DNA of 63,776 nucleotides, filler included, from Octopus bimaculoides (taxonomy: Eukaryota): the NCBI RefSeq assembly GCF_001194135.2. It is 7 parts of 6 records of this genome, joined end to end, with 100 filler letters (N's around TTAATTAATTAA, not from the genome) between each part and the next. Parts side by side here need not be neighbours in the genome. Positions count along the whole stretch, not along the records: positions 8,674 to 17,627 come from NC_069000.1; positions 17,728 to 31,533 come from NC_068984.1; 5 more parts are not named here. One strand, 5' to 3'. A program made the translations under genes and the position numbers. Below the pieces are notes generated by a model. It saw nothing but the letters and a program-made list of their open reading frames with translations. It did no database searches and had not been told where the DNA came from. This document shows positions 13,161-25,750 of the stretch, piece by piece (the first letter of the stretch is position 1; each line of letters starts with the position of its first letter).

Positions 13161-14329
13161 GCATATATGTGTACATATATAAATTTATATACATGTGTGT
13201 GTGTGTATGTGTGCGTATATATATTTTTATACATTTAAATTTTAACACACATGTATACATACATGTATGTATATATATATATATATATATATCATGCACA
13301 TGCGCATACACACACACGTGCATTTCTCCCTGGTTTCCATTTATCAAATTTCACTCACAAGATATTGGTCGACTAGTGGAAGATACTTGCTCAAGGTGCA
13401 GCACTTCTTTACCACATAACTATACCTATGCTTTTAAACTGTAACTCTGAGTTTTATGTTGTTAGTAATTCAACTAGTTGAATTAGGGAAGCAGCCTGAC
13501 AATATATAAGCAAAGATATTTTAAATGCAGAATTTTGATTAATCATTGAGAATTAATTGCTCAGGAGAAAAAACAAACAATTACTTAATACATTAATACA
13601 TCACACATTCATCTATTTGATTGTCATATGTAGAATGTGATAAATACATTTATTCACACATTTAAACATGCATTTTCATATCTTCAGCCTCATATGCATA
13701 AAACACATGAAAGTAGGGAACATGGCTATTATTAATGAAGTTTTAACGATGTTGAGCAAGTGAATGCTTTTTAAATTCTTGTTTATATGACCACTGTTCA
13801 AGCTATGGTAAATCCATTTTGTGAAGGAAAGAAAACTATTTTAGCCTGTAAGAAATTTCTTACTAAATACTGACAGAAGTGCTTGATGAATGCAGTTCTG
13901 GATCTTTCCTTAAAACTGCCAAAGACTGTTGTTGGGTGTTATTCTTTTCCATCGGTCAAACATCACTCTTTCCAGAGTAAAAAGGATGCACGCTATACAA
14001 TGATGATACTAACATTTCTTTAAACTGCAGGTCTATTTGGGGAGTGAGGTGATGAGGCACCATCCTGAGTGTTTGAATGAATATGTATGTTGCAAAGATA
14101 TTTTAAAAAGAATTCTCAGTAAGTCCTATACAGCTTAATTGCAAGCTTAAACTAAAGCTTTAGAATAAGAATTACCATTAACAAAGAAGATAGTAGGGTT
14201 GTCATAATTATATAGAAAGGGTGAATGTTACATACTAGAAATTGGACTTTTCTTTATCCTAGCTACAGAAATGCCAAAGTTTTTGACATGACTGCTGCAC
14301 ATGTTAATATTTATATTTATAATGTATGA

Positions 14330-15290
14330 TAATGACTTCATGATGTCTCTGGTCATTGAAACAGACATTTAAACTATTGGGAAGATTATGTCTTATAATA
14401 TTTCATTACCCTTGTATTTATGAATTTTAGCATTGTTCTCAATGTAATGTATCATATCTTTGAAGCCATTGCCTTTTAACACATCATTGTAATAATGGCT
14501 AAAAGATTTCTTGTTATAGGATAAGCTGAATAGGCGTTTGTTAATATTGTAAAGTATTTAAGGATTATTAGGGGTTGGTTGGAACTTATATTAATATACT
14601 GCAATTTCTAATCAGGTTTACTATAAAGGCTGTATTGACCAATGCCTAAAACTAGAGTTATATCTAAGAAAGTAACATTCTTTGATTCATATCATGTATG
14701 ATCTTAAATCTAACTCTTTGAATATGCTGATAAATTCCTTCCTAACAACATCAAATGTGTAGCTGTTCATACTTCCCAAAATGATTAGTCCATCGTCATG
14801 GTAGAGAGCATACTTTGTACAGAAGAATTTCTTCTGGAATTAAGTTGAAGATGTAAAATGTTATAAATTCACAAGCTTCAGCTCTGCTGTATCATCCCAT
14901 GGCAACATCAAACAATTCCTGGCCATTATGTTTAATTCAAAAAGAATTATCATAAAACAGCAAATATTTCCTAGCATTATTATATTATATTAATGACTGA
15001 ATTACTAACTTGAATAAAACTTGAAGTTTTATAGCTTATTCAAGAAGGGATTATGTTATGGATAGATAAAACTTTACCATATGTAACTGCATAAATTTAC
15101 AAACATGCTTATTATTAAACCACTTGACAATGGATAGACTATTAGTCCTTAATGGATGAGAAATGATTTGTTTAATGTTATAAATAAGGGAAGCTAAAAT
15201 ATTTTTGCTGGCCCTATTTATCTCACTTTTCCCTGGATTTATCACTCTAGTTTTAGAGTTGGCAAAAATTCTTTTCATGATTTTTTGAAA
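14330..15290 (-). mobile_element. Decayed Penelope-like element (PLE) reverse transcriptase
   Basis: RVINPGKSEINRASKNIL, KWFN, FMQLHMVKFYLSIT, LFDVAMG, YHDDGL (14789-14803), VTFLDITL, YINISSNQP: the ordered PLE RT motifs, with stops and frameshifts. Confidence 0.75.
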
Positions 15291-15780
15291 GCAATTTATG
15301 GTTCATGTAAAACTGAAGTTTCTGTTCTATTGTCTATTTGGAGGCTGGTAGCAATTTATTTTGCTTCTAAATTGATAGCATGGTAAGAGTTAGAATTAAT
15401 TATCTTATGGGTATTGGTGATGTTGTTGAAACTATAACTATAGAGACTATCTGTTTTGTTCATATTTCTGTTTGAAAAAACACATTTGGTGTTTTGCAAT
15501 TTTATGAACGCTCTATGTAATATGTCTGGAAAGTTTATTCTTTTATTCTTTTACTTGTTTCAGTCATTTGACTGAAGCCATGCTGGAGCACTACCTTGAA
15601 AGGTCTTTTAGTCAAACAAATTGACCTCAGGACTTATTTTGAAGTCTAGTACTTATTCTATCAGTCTCTTTTACTGAACTGCTATGTCATAGGGATGTAA
15701 CCACACCAACACCAGTTGTCAAGCTGTGATAGGAAACCAACACAGACACAGAGACACATCATACACATACACACATGCGT

Positions 15781-15825
<45 letters not shown>

Positions 15826-16399
15826 CAATGAACTTCTTTCAGTTTCCATCTACCAAATCCACTCACAAGCCTTTGGTTGGCTTGAGATTATAGTAGAAGA
15901 CACTTGGCCAAGGCTCCATGCAATGGGACTGAACCTGGAACCATTTGGTTGGGAAGCAAGCTTCTTACCACACAGCCATACCTGTGAACCCGTTACATCA
16001 CATTGAGATTTTCAAACTCAGAGAGTTTCATTACTTTCTTCAGTGGGAAGTATGTACATCAGAAATGGAACTTGTTTTCTTGGTGTTACTCACGTTCCCT
16101 TATTCAAAGAAAACATTTAATATAATTCTTCTGAAATGGTGTTAAAACATTCTCTATAGAAAATTCAAGGAGTAACTGTTTAATTTTCATAATTTGTAAC
16201 TGTCTGTGGACAGTGCTTGACTAATTCAGGAGTAAGATGTAGATTGGTGAACACAGAGAAAAGTGTTCAGCACATAAAATAGAGTGTGTGCATATTTTAT
16301 TAGGAGATAAAGCTTCTAGTATCATAACTGAATTTCATATTGCTAATTATTCAGATGATGGAAGAAGGGAGGCAGTATGATATATAGAAGTATACCTTG

Positions 16400-16800
16400 T
16401 TCCAGCAACAGATCTGGCCTATAGTTTTCAGATGGTTGTTTACAGAACCTGCCAGTTGTTCTCTACTTTCCTTCTTCAGATCATCTTTTGTCTCTCAGTC
16501 AATCTAGCATTTATTCTGAGATCGTTCACTAGTCATAAGTCTATGTTGAGTGATATACATTCATCACTGCAGAAAGAGTTAGTATCCATAACCATCTGCC
16601 TATCTTGTTTTATAATGAAACTGAAATCTACCTGACTTGTGTGCACCTGATTAGAAGGTGATCAAGTGGGTCCTGGTTTCCTGAAGTCTGTGTTGTGGAT
16701 GGTTAGCTCACAAAATTTCAGGAGCATTAGTTCCTTTTCATTTCTCAAACTATATCCTTAGTCACCTTATACACCGGAGTAGCCATCATGGAGTTACCCA
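16400..16800 (-). mobile_element. RTE apurinic endonuclease fragment
   Basis: Reads about GYSLRNEKE..LKFCELTIHNTDFRKP.HLITF.SGAHKSQVDF. Confidence 0.5.
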
Positions 16801-17203
16801 ATATGACCAAGCCACCAGTCAAAATATTAATGTTATTATCATTTATTACTGAGATGGTTCACAAAAGGGGCTGCATAAAATAAGTCCTTTAGCTTATTAG
16901 CAAGTCCCAGTTATGGTGTGTAAGCAGAGAAAAACAGTTGCTGTTATTTTGCCTACAACTAGTCTAAATTTAATTATTGTATCACATAATCTACATCAAA
17001 TCTTTTAGCTGTTTCTTAGTATGGCTATTCTATGTAAACCAGGATTGTTACTAATACAGAAGAACTTGTACAAGTGTTCTTTTTGTTTGTAAGGAATCTG
17101 GCTAGGGTTCTTTCCTCATAATCACCCCCATGAATACATGCACACACATACATATACATCATTTACATGTATATATAGTTAAATAACTAAAATCAATGAA
17201 AGG

Positions 17204-17234
<31 letters not shown>

Positions 17235-17861
17235 CTGCTTCTAGTCTCTTATCTGTGTGTGTGTGTGTGTGTTTTAATGAAAAGGGAAAAAAATTTGATA
17301 TGACTCACCACAAATTCATGGAATAATTGCAAGTATTTTCTTGGAGTAAAATTTCTTTCCAAATAAAACTAATTCCATTATGAGTTGATAAAATTGTTTA
17401 TTGTATAAAAAAAAAAAAACGTAAAACAACAAAAGAAAAACAAAACAGCAACTGAATCTTAAAGAATTGACCATCTTGTTTAATAAAATATAATCTGATG
17501 CTTCCCTCCTCCCTCCCACATAAAACTCATACAAAAAGAAACACAAAGTGTAAAAAAAAAAAAAAGAATCCATGATTAATTGACAAGAAATGGGAAACCT
17601 AAACAAAGCAGTCTGAGATGTGGTGGTNNNNNNNNNNNNNNNNNNNNNNNNNNNNNNNNNNNNNNNNNNNNTTAATTAATTAANNNNNNNNNNNNNNNNN
17701 NNNNNNNNNNNNNNNNNNNNNNNNNNNAAAATAAACAATTACATCATTGAAATCTTGAAGCTACAAGACGATGCATGATTAATTCAAAACATTTGACAGA
17801 GTAATATGAATTCTAAGGGATTAAAAACTGAAGTAAAAATAACTATGCAGTTGCTTCATCA

Positions 17862-18210
17862 TCATCATCATTTGATGTCCATTTTCTATGCCGGCATGGG
17901 TTGGACAGTTTGATAGGAGCTGACCAGCTGAAGGGCTATTCAAGCACCATGTCTGTTTTGGCATGGTTTCTATGGTTGGATTCCCCTCCTTATGCCAACC
18001 ACTTTACAGAGCGTACTGGGTGCTTTTATGCAGCACCAATATGGGTGCTTTTTACATGGCACCAGCACTTACAAGCCTGCAAGATTAAGGATGCTCAGCT
18101 GGAGAGGGTTGCAGGGGATGAGTCTGTATGCAAGGGCAACTATGCTTAGCTTGACATGTTTTTTCAAGCACAGCAAACCGCCAGAAGTCTTGGTCCCCTG
18201 TCATCCACTC
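17862..18210 (-). mobile_element. Diverged RTE 3' end with (GAT)n tail
   Basis: Homologous to 48527-49031. Other tails at 19700-19943, 27515-27705, 45447-45676, 48065-48330, 50325-50490, 50612-50880 and 55935-56180. Confidence 0.7.
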
Positions 18211-18472
18211 TGTGAGGAAACAAAACAAATATAAAATATTAGTCAATGACTAATATTTTAATAATTTTAATTTTGGCAAGTTCAAAAGATAACTCTGGAT
18301 GTTTCAGTGCTATTATGACCTCATCAGTTGAGTATAGACTTCACTATATTCAAGAGACAGTCATTTAAATAAATGTACATTATTTGTTAGTGTAGGAATA
18401 TGGAATTGTTCTAAGAATATATTATTTGGATAACAGCTATGTAAAAAACTAGTGAAATTGGTGTTAAAATAT

Positions 18473-18681
18473 TTAATCCTTTTTTATTCCAACCCACCTG
18501 AGACCATCACAGGTTCTATGACACAGACTGCCTGTGAAAAAGTGATCTAAACTAAAGCCTCTCATCAAATTTTCACCAGCTCAATAACGACAATGTTATT
18601 TTGCTAAATTCTTCATTATTTTCAAAATTAATTGAAACAAAGGAGATGTACTTCAGAAGAAATATGGTAACAAAAGGGTTA
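18473..18681. mobile_element. TTAA-flanked MITE (piggyBac-type), family 2
   Basis: Ends TTAATCCTTTT / AAAAGGGTTAA; relatives near 45840-46050, 54180-54370 and 62500-62700. Confidence 0.6.
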
Positions 18682-18978
18682 ATGAATGGAATATTAAAGA
18701 TTTACTTGAAATGATTATGTGGTAAGGAAAAACAATAGAAGAAGACCAAACTGGACAGATAATACACCATGCTTAATGTTTCAGTTTTCACTGTTCTGGG
18801 TTTAAATTCTGCTAGGATCTACCCTGCTTTTCATACTTAGTAAACTACTGAGGCTGATTCAGGTGGCCATATCCTACCTCTTTACTTTAACAGCTATCTT
18901 CATTATATTATCATTTAAAACTCTGTTGTATTCTCTGTTGTTTTATAAAATATTCCTGGAGTTCTGTTTCCATTTTAG

Positions 18979-19074
18979 GTAGCAGTGTTGGTTTGTCAGA
19001 TGATAGCAGAGATGAGTCTGCATTTACTGGGGGAAGTACAAACACTGAGGAAGATGAAGTTGGATATTCAGACT
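18979..19074 (+). CDS. SKAP2: SKAP-like adaptor, internal exon (acidic linker)
   Basis: tttag|...|gtaagt, 96 nt, phase 1/1, GSSVGLSDDSRDESAFTGGSTNTEEDEVGYSD; T+CA splices in frame to the next exon. Confidence 0.6.
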
Positions 19075-19699
19075 GTAAGTATATTCCATGTTTTACATTT
19101 TTGTATTTATCACAAGAATTTATCACTGTTTTATTCATTTTCTGTTTACAATTTTGAATTTAAGAATGGCATGGTATTATTTTCCATTGTTGTAGTGTTA
19201 TGGATTAACAGAAATGTTGGAATGTGAGACATAGCACTCGTAATATTTTGTCTACCAATTCTTGTTTAAAAATAGTTCTGAACTCAAATATATGGCTTTC
19301 ATCCTTCAGAGATTTATAGAATAATTAATAGGTATGCACTGGTGTTAATGACTTCAGGTATAGCTGTTTTGTTAAGAAGTTCACTTTGTAACCACATGAT
19401 TCCTGGTTCCATCTGAGAGTATGACATTTTGGTCAAATATCTTTTGCCACAGCCTCAGGTTGACCAATGCTATGTGAGTGGAATTTGGTAGAGAGAAGCC
19501 TTATAGAGGTCTGCAATCTACATTTGTGTATATCAGTGAAGGGTGTAAACATTGTTAAGAAACCAACATGTTAGTGTCACACCCATGCTACATTTGTCTT
19601 CAGAAATGTAGTAAACTAGCGATCAATTACTGAAAATTCATAATCAGTGATGCCATTGTTCATAAATTGTGGCATAAAAGAAAAAACAAACAAAACAAT

Positions 19700-19943
19700 T
19701 GACTACACCATTTTGAGCGTGGCCGTTGCCAGTACCGCCTGACTGGCCTTCGTGCCAGTGGCATGTAAAAGCACCCACTACACTCTCGGAGTGGTTGGCG
19801 TTAGGAAGGGCATCCAGCTGTAGAAACTCTGCCAAATCAGATTGGAGCCTGGTGTAGCCATCTGGTTCACCAGTCCTCAGTCAACTCGTCCAACCCATGC
19901 TAGCATGGAAAGCAGACGTTAAATGATGATGAGGATGATGATG
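19700..19943 (+). mobile_element. RTE 3' end (UTR plus (GAT)n tail)
   Basis: Near-identical to the reverse complement of 48527-48760. Confidence 0.8.
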
Positions 19944-21136
19944 TAATGTTAGGAGACACTTATTCTGATTGCCATGCAATCTAGTTGAACTGGGAACCTT
20001 GTGATTATATAGTGAACTCCTTGATTATTCAGCCAAGCTGTGTCATAATCATCATTTAATATTTGCTCTTCTTGCTGGCATGGGTTGGATGGTTTGAAAG
20101 GATCTGATGAGCCAGAGGAATGTATTAAACTTCAATATCTACTTTGGTATGGTCTCATCAGCTGGATGTCCTTTCTAATACCAACCATTTGATAGGATAA
20201 TGGGTATATTTTCATGGTACCAGCATTATACCCACATTAGTGAGGTCACTGTGCAACCTGCAAGACTAAAGGGGCTCGTGTGACTGAAAATAATTAGGAG
20301 AGACAGAGAAGGCAAGACAATTTTAGGTTAGATGCTGGATGAAGGAAAAATAGGGATGGAAGGAACAGATGTGTAGTTATGAGAGGGTAGTAATGGAGAG
20401 AATAATAGAGTAGTTACTATTGGGGGAAAGAGTATGGAAGGAACAAAAGAAGAGAAAACTCAGCGATTAGTGAGAAAGGGAGGAACAGTGGTAAGGGTGA
20501 GGAAGTGGGTTGTGTAGAGAGGGTCCAGGGCTACTCCTGCAGTATAAGGGTGAGTATGGGCAGAAGGTCTTACACCTTCTGCCTATACGAAAGAGAGAAA
20601 ATAGATGAGCATGGCTCATACAAACTAAATGAAATTTTGTTTCATTTTCATTTCTAATGTTCTGTTGAATAGATTAAAATTCTACTTAACTTTAAGTAGC
20701 TTCTGTTAATAAGATGAAATTGAATCAAAATATTACTGACATACAATATAGACACAGGCATGGCTTCATAGTTAAGATGTTCGGTCTTTTTCAACTGTGT
20801 TGTCTTGGGTTCAGTCCCACTGCTAGCACCTTGGGAAGGTGTCTTCACTTTAGTTCCAGGCTGACAAAAGACTTGTGAGTGGATTTGGTAGCTGAAACTG
20901 AAAGGAGCCCTTTGTATATATATATATATGTACTTATACATACTCTGGGGTCTTGAATAATCGTTCCCCCACTGCCCGCTTATTAATTTTTCAGATTTTT
21001 CCACCCTCCCCATTTTTATTCCAACCCTCCTGCTAATTAAATTTTGCTTATCTATCTACGGTGAAACTTAATTGTAAGCTATTCATATTCATGCGACAGC
21101 CTGAGAATCTAATGATAATTTTATTTTACGTTAAAA

Positions 21137-21320
21137 ACATTGTATATATAAAGAATAAAAGGTTTTGAATGGTACAACAATCCACTATAATACAAAAAAT
21201 GGACTATATATCTTGGACTATAGATAACTAAATTACAACAGGTATATAATCCATTTTTTTGTATTATAGTGCATTGTTGTACCATTCAAAACCTTTTATT
21301 CTTTACAAACAATACACAAT
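21137..21320. repeat. Fold-back with about 70-bp arms
   Basis: AAAGAATAAAAGGTTTTGAATGGTACAACAAT..ACTATAATACAAAAAATGGA recurs as its reverse complement at 21249-21303. Confidence 0.9.
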
Positions 21321-21476
21321 GCTTCAAGCGAACTACAATACTCTCCTATTTTATATATATATATATATATATTGATAGAAATGGTAAGACAACAAAAGAA
21401 TGAAAGAGACCTCGATATTATGTAAATAGAAGAATTTATCTGTAAATATAATATGTGACAATTATTCGGTAGCCAT

Positions 21477-21537
21477 GATAAAACTCCGAGTTTTGGATGT
21501 CGGGGCGGAATCCCACGCTGGCATCTCTTCAGTTATC
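21477..21537 (-). ncRNA. Hammerhead-like motif (G12>A, consistent with CpG decay) in a fold-back arm
   Basis: Minus strand GATAA-CTGAAGA-GATG...CATCC-AAAA-CTCGGAGT-T-TTATC; 5-bp stem I. The mirrored CTGAAGAG runs into the gap at 21585. Confidence 0.5.
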
Positions 21538-22149
21538 GGGCCATCAAAAAAATGCATTTTTTTGATGGTCCTATAACTGAAGAGNNNNNNNNNNNNNNNN
21601 NNNNNNNNNNNNNNNNNNNNNNNNNNNNNNNNNNNNNNNNNNNNTATATATATATATATGACAAAAAAGAACAAGTAATACTATTTGTTATAAAATAAAT
21701 AGGATATATAAACTAAATAACTAATTCTGGTTTAATAAAAAAAATCAAAGGGGACAACGTAGAAAATTTTAAAGAATGATTTCTCATTTAGGCACAAGGC
21801 CAACAATTTGTGGGGGAGGCACAAGTGAGTTAAAGCGACCCAGTACATTATTGGTGCTTTATTTTATCGACCCTGTAGATATGAAAGATAAAGCTAACCT
21901 CAGCAAGATTGAACTCAGAATGTAATGGGCCATAACTCTATGCTGCAAAGCACGTTGCCCGATGATTAGGCACAAGGCCAGCAATTTAAAGGGAAGAGGA
22001 AAGTCGATTAAACCGACTCCCGTTACTAGTAGAAAACAACAAACTCTAGGGAATTCATTATTATTTCGACTGGCACAAATTGTAAATCAATGCACTGGGT
22101 CCAATAGTATTTACTGACAGGAGGCCACAACATACATAGATCAGAATTG

Positions 22150-22635
22150 GGCCCCTAAGATCTGTGAGACACTCTGAGCAACTGCCCAGTGTGCTCATGC
22201 CTTAAGTCTGCACTGCTTCTTCTTCCCCTTATGACTGGGTTCCAACCTGGGCTGCAGCAACAAAGTTTACCTGCCACACTTCCCAGTCTAACATCACTGC
22301 CTCAGTGTCCTGAATACATTCCAGGCCAGTATCTGCCATCAAGTTGTTGATGTGAGTGTGACGATTTTTCCTCTTCTTACATCACCATGAAATGGGTTCC
22401 ACAAGACTACTCTGGATGCTTCCAGTTCTGGGTGTTGCACCTAGTGACCAGATAATTGTAGCAGTCTACTTAATCTTCTCACTAACTTTTGGCAGGTCTC
22501 CATAAAGGCATTCGTCATATGTTGCTGCTATATCACATTTAGGGACATTCATTGCATCCATATCAAAACCAATGCTATTATATGGCAGTGAAACAAGGAC
22601 ACTGACAAAGAAATTGTCAAACAAGCTAGATGCTT
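22150..22635 (-). mobile_element. RTE-group LINE 3' fragment with an inverted upstream segment
   Basis: Minus: AMNVPK..LYGDLPKVSEKIK..QLSGH..G.RRRG. Plus 22575-22635: LLYGSETRTLTKKLSNKLDA. Confidence 0.6.
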
Positions 22636-23071
22636 CTGGGGTTGATAAAATAAAGTACTGGTCGAGAAATCTGATTTTATTTCTATGGTGCATCCTAGTT
22701 GTGAATGGAGTTATAACAGAAAACAAGACAAGATATTGTTTTTTAGGAAAAACTATCAATCACCTTATTAATTTCTCATTTTGCCATTAAATTGGGGTTG
22801 AAAATTTATATAGCTTGCAGTGGAAGCAAATATTTTCATTTCTTTTTTAATTATTTACTCTTAGAAGTTGAATACATCCAACTATTGCTAAAACATAACA
22901 ACGAACAATGAAACATTCATAGGTCTCAAAGTTTTGCTAGTGATCTAACACTAACCCTAACTCAGCTGTTAGCATCTAGATTTGTACAAATAATAAAATA
23001 ATAAGGAAGGAAAAAATTCTCAATTTATTTCACTGTATTATTGTTGAAATTTTGTTTTTCTTTCTTCACAG

Positions 23072-23146
23072 CAATTCCCTTCATAGCTGCCACAGACATT
23101 GTAAACGCTACCAAAACCGGCTTTTTAGAAAAGAAACGCAGAAAAG
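23072..23146 (+). CDS. SKAP2: SKAP-like exon, start of PH domain
   Basis: cacag|, IPFIAATDIVNATKTGFLEKKRRK, 75 nt, phase 1/1; compare SKAP2 PPIAAQDL..KAGYLEKRRK. Confidence 0.85.
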
Positions 23147-23384
23147 GTTCCGTTTTTGAAAAATATATTTCAGATTTGCAATATTTCAGCATATATGTTT
23201 TTTAATTTTATTTGTAACATTCTGATATATCATTGTCATCATCATCTCACATATATGTATGGCACTCTGTCGGTTATGAAAACAAGGGTTTCACTTGATC
23301 CAATCAGTGGAACAGCTTGCTCGTGAAATTAATGTGCAAGTGGCTGAGCACTCCACAGACACATGTGCCCTTAACCTAGTTCTC

Positions 23385-23585
23385 AGGGAAAGTTCACCGT
23401 CATCAAATCACCACAGGGAAAGTTCACCATCATCAGTTCACCATCATCAATTCACCATTTTTTTTCAATAAAATAGTTTTTAACTATTAATGGTGAGATA
23501 TTAGGGATATATTTTTTTGGTGAACTTTCCTTGTGGTGAATTTTATTCAGGGTGAATTGATGGCAGTGAACTTACCTGTAATCTA
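23385..23585. mobile_element. MITE with subterminal TTCACC repeats, interrupting a SINE fragment (23262-23390)
   Basis: Left CAGGGAAAGTTCACCGTCATCAAATCACC versus right GGTGAATTGATGGCAGTGAACTTACCTG (inverted). Confidence 0.65.
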
Positions 23586-23871
23586 GATATACACACATAT
23601 ATATGTGTACCTCTCTCTCTTAATATATATATATATGATGTTAAACAATATAGTCATCTCATCCAATCTAGCACAGATTAACAGACTTTTAAAAAATGAA
23701 CTAGCAAATGAACAATATATATATCATCATCATTTTATGTCTGTTTTGCATGCAAGCATGGATTGGATATATGAGATTTGTTGTTCAGAAATTAAAACTA
23801 TTTTTAACATAATAAATGTATCTATCATATTATCGTATGATTATTTGTGAATCAATTAATTTCTATTTCAG

Positions 23872-23988
23872 AAAATGTACTGCTTTTCAAGTCCTATCAA
23901 AAGCGCTGGTGTGTTCTCAAGGATAATATTTTATACTATTATGATAAATCTTCAGATAAACGTCAATTGGGTGCTTTTATCCTGAAGG
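23872..23988 (+). CDS. SKAP2: SKAP-like exon, PH domain
   Basis: ttcag|..|gtaagt; ENVLLFKSYQKRWCVLKDNILYYYDKSSDKRQLGAFILK. Confidence 0.92.
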
Positions 23989-24249
23989 GTAAGTTTCATC
24001 CACAATTTTTACCCTTTTCTTGTTCTTTTTGAATAATGTTTTGAAATTTGTAATTTTCATGCTTAGAGGGTTGGGTAGGAACTCTCTCTCTCTCTCTCTT
24101 CATGATGCCTGTTTTACAAATGTCAGTAATCATGGTCTTCTATGCAAAAGTCTAAAGATTCATGCATTTTCTTTGTAAAGATAAAGCAGTGTTTTCTCAT
24201 TGTGTTCTACAATTCTCCAAACTCCTGAACTCTTGATCAAGAAGCCTTA

Positions 24250-25290
24250 CCACCAGATGTGGTTTAATGTCTTTCCTGGGACATTGGGTAGGAACAATGA
24301 TGGCTAAATTAGCAGAGTACTGGACAACTAGCCAAGCGATGAAGTCATATCTTGTGACTAGTGTTATGTTGTGTCATGGCTATGCAGGCAATGAGTATGT
24401 GTAGAGGTTAATGAGGCTATTGATACTGCAGCTGATTTTTTTGTCTGGGTTTAGTGTTTCATTTTTTTATCTGGGTTGAGTGTTTCATGGTGTACTCAGG
24501 GCTTCCATGAGAAATTTTGTGAAGTGATAGTTGTTTCTGGGTTCTGCTGGTGGTGGTAGTATTGGTAGTGAAAGGAGAACTCCCCTCAAAATTCAATGTA
24601 ACTGAGAAGTTTTTCTTTTATATTTTTTATGAGCGAGAGGTCCATAAGTATTCATGGAAACTCTTTCTCAGATGTCTGGGCCCTAGATCAAGTTACTGTA
24701 TGGATCCATCCCTTACAAACCCTGGTGGTGCTGCAATGTTGTGTGTGTCTTTGTAGTATTCTGGATTATTTTTGTAGTGTTGCTGGGTGATGTCATGTTC
24801 TAGGGTATTATAGCATCAACTGGATGTTAATGTTCTGGTGTGTTGTAATGTTCTTGTTAGATGCTATAATATTTTGAGGGTATTGTAGAGGTACCTGAGA
24901 ATCTGGAGAAATGATTCTACTCTTAATGGCAGAGACTGCAAGTGTTAGAATTTAGTTCAACAACAAACTGTGCTTCTTGCGTCTCCAGATGGTCTTTCAT
25001 TTTTAGTGGTTTGGGCAGCTAGTTGAAGGGTTTGCTGGGTTTGTATCTTATCAACACAGTATTATCTTCAGGATCTGAACAATCAACGCTTCATTGGTGC
25101 AGTCCATGTAAGGGAAAATAGATACAATGAGCTGGTAAAGCATATCTTATACATACATAGTGGAGACAAGTTTCCAGTGGCTTGTAGTAGGTGCCGAGTT
25201 CAAATTTTTCCCTGGGTGTAGCTTAGAGAAGGATGGGCCCTCTTGGCTTAATATTCTTAATCAAAACAAAATCTTTTAACTTACTCCATT
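24250..25290 (-). mobile_element. Possible very decayed LINE (I/Jockey group)
   Basis: Only fragmentary thumb-like peptides (LHYVCIR, LPKPLKMKDHLETQ) amid many stops. Confidence 0.25.
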
Positions 25291-25302
25291 GACATGATGA
25301 TG

Positions 25303-25555
25303 CATGGCCTAGTGGGTAGGGTGTTGCACTCATGATTGTCAGATCACGGTTTCCAATCCTGGATCTGGTGGCACATTTGTGTTCTTGAGAAAGGCACTTC
25401 ATGTCACATTGCTCATTCCACTCAGTTGTAAATGAGTTCCAGTAATAGCTAGGAAGCTAACACTGTGGTGTAAAAACATCCTGTTCAGGATGTAGTGATG
25501 TAATTTCAGTCACTTATCTGCTGTGGAAACTGAGTAAAACTCTAGGGCTCATGAC
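25303..25555 (+). mobile_element. tRNA-derived SINE family D
   Basis: TGGCCTAGTGG A-box and GGTTTCCAATCC B-box; relatives at 28556-28810, 28895-29132(-) and 62085-62290(-). Confidence 0.65.
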
Positions 25556-25655
25556 AGACCTACTCTAATGACATAATAGATCACATGACCCTTCATTAAC
25601 ATCACTTTTAAAATTTGCTTAATTTTTCTTTTCTCTTTTGCATTTTTGCTTTTAG

Positions 25656-25750
25656 ATTATGAAGTAAGAACAAATCCAAATGTGGTAAAAGAAGCGAGCA
25701 AAAAGGAGCTGAGTTTTGAACTTGTGTCTCCAGGAAAACGATCTTATCTG
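25656..25750 (+). CDS. SKAP2: SKAP-like exon, PH domain
   Basis: tttag|..|gtaaat; DYEVRTNPNVVKEASKKELSFELVSPGKRSYL, phase 1/0. Confidence 0.92.
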
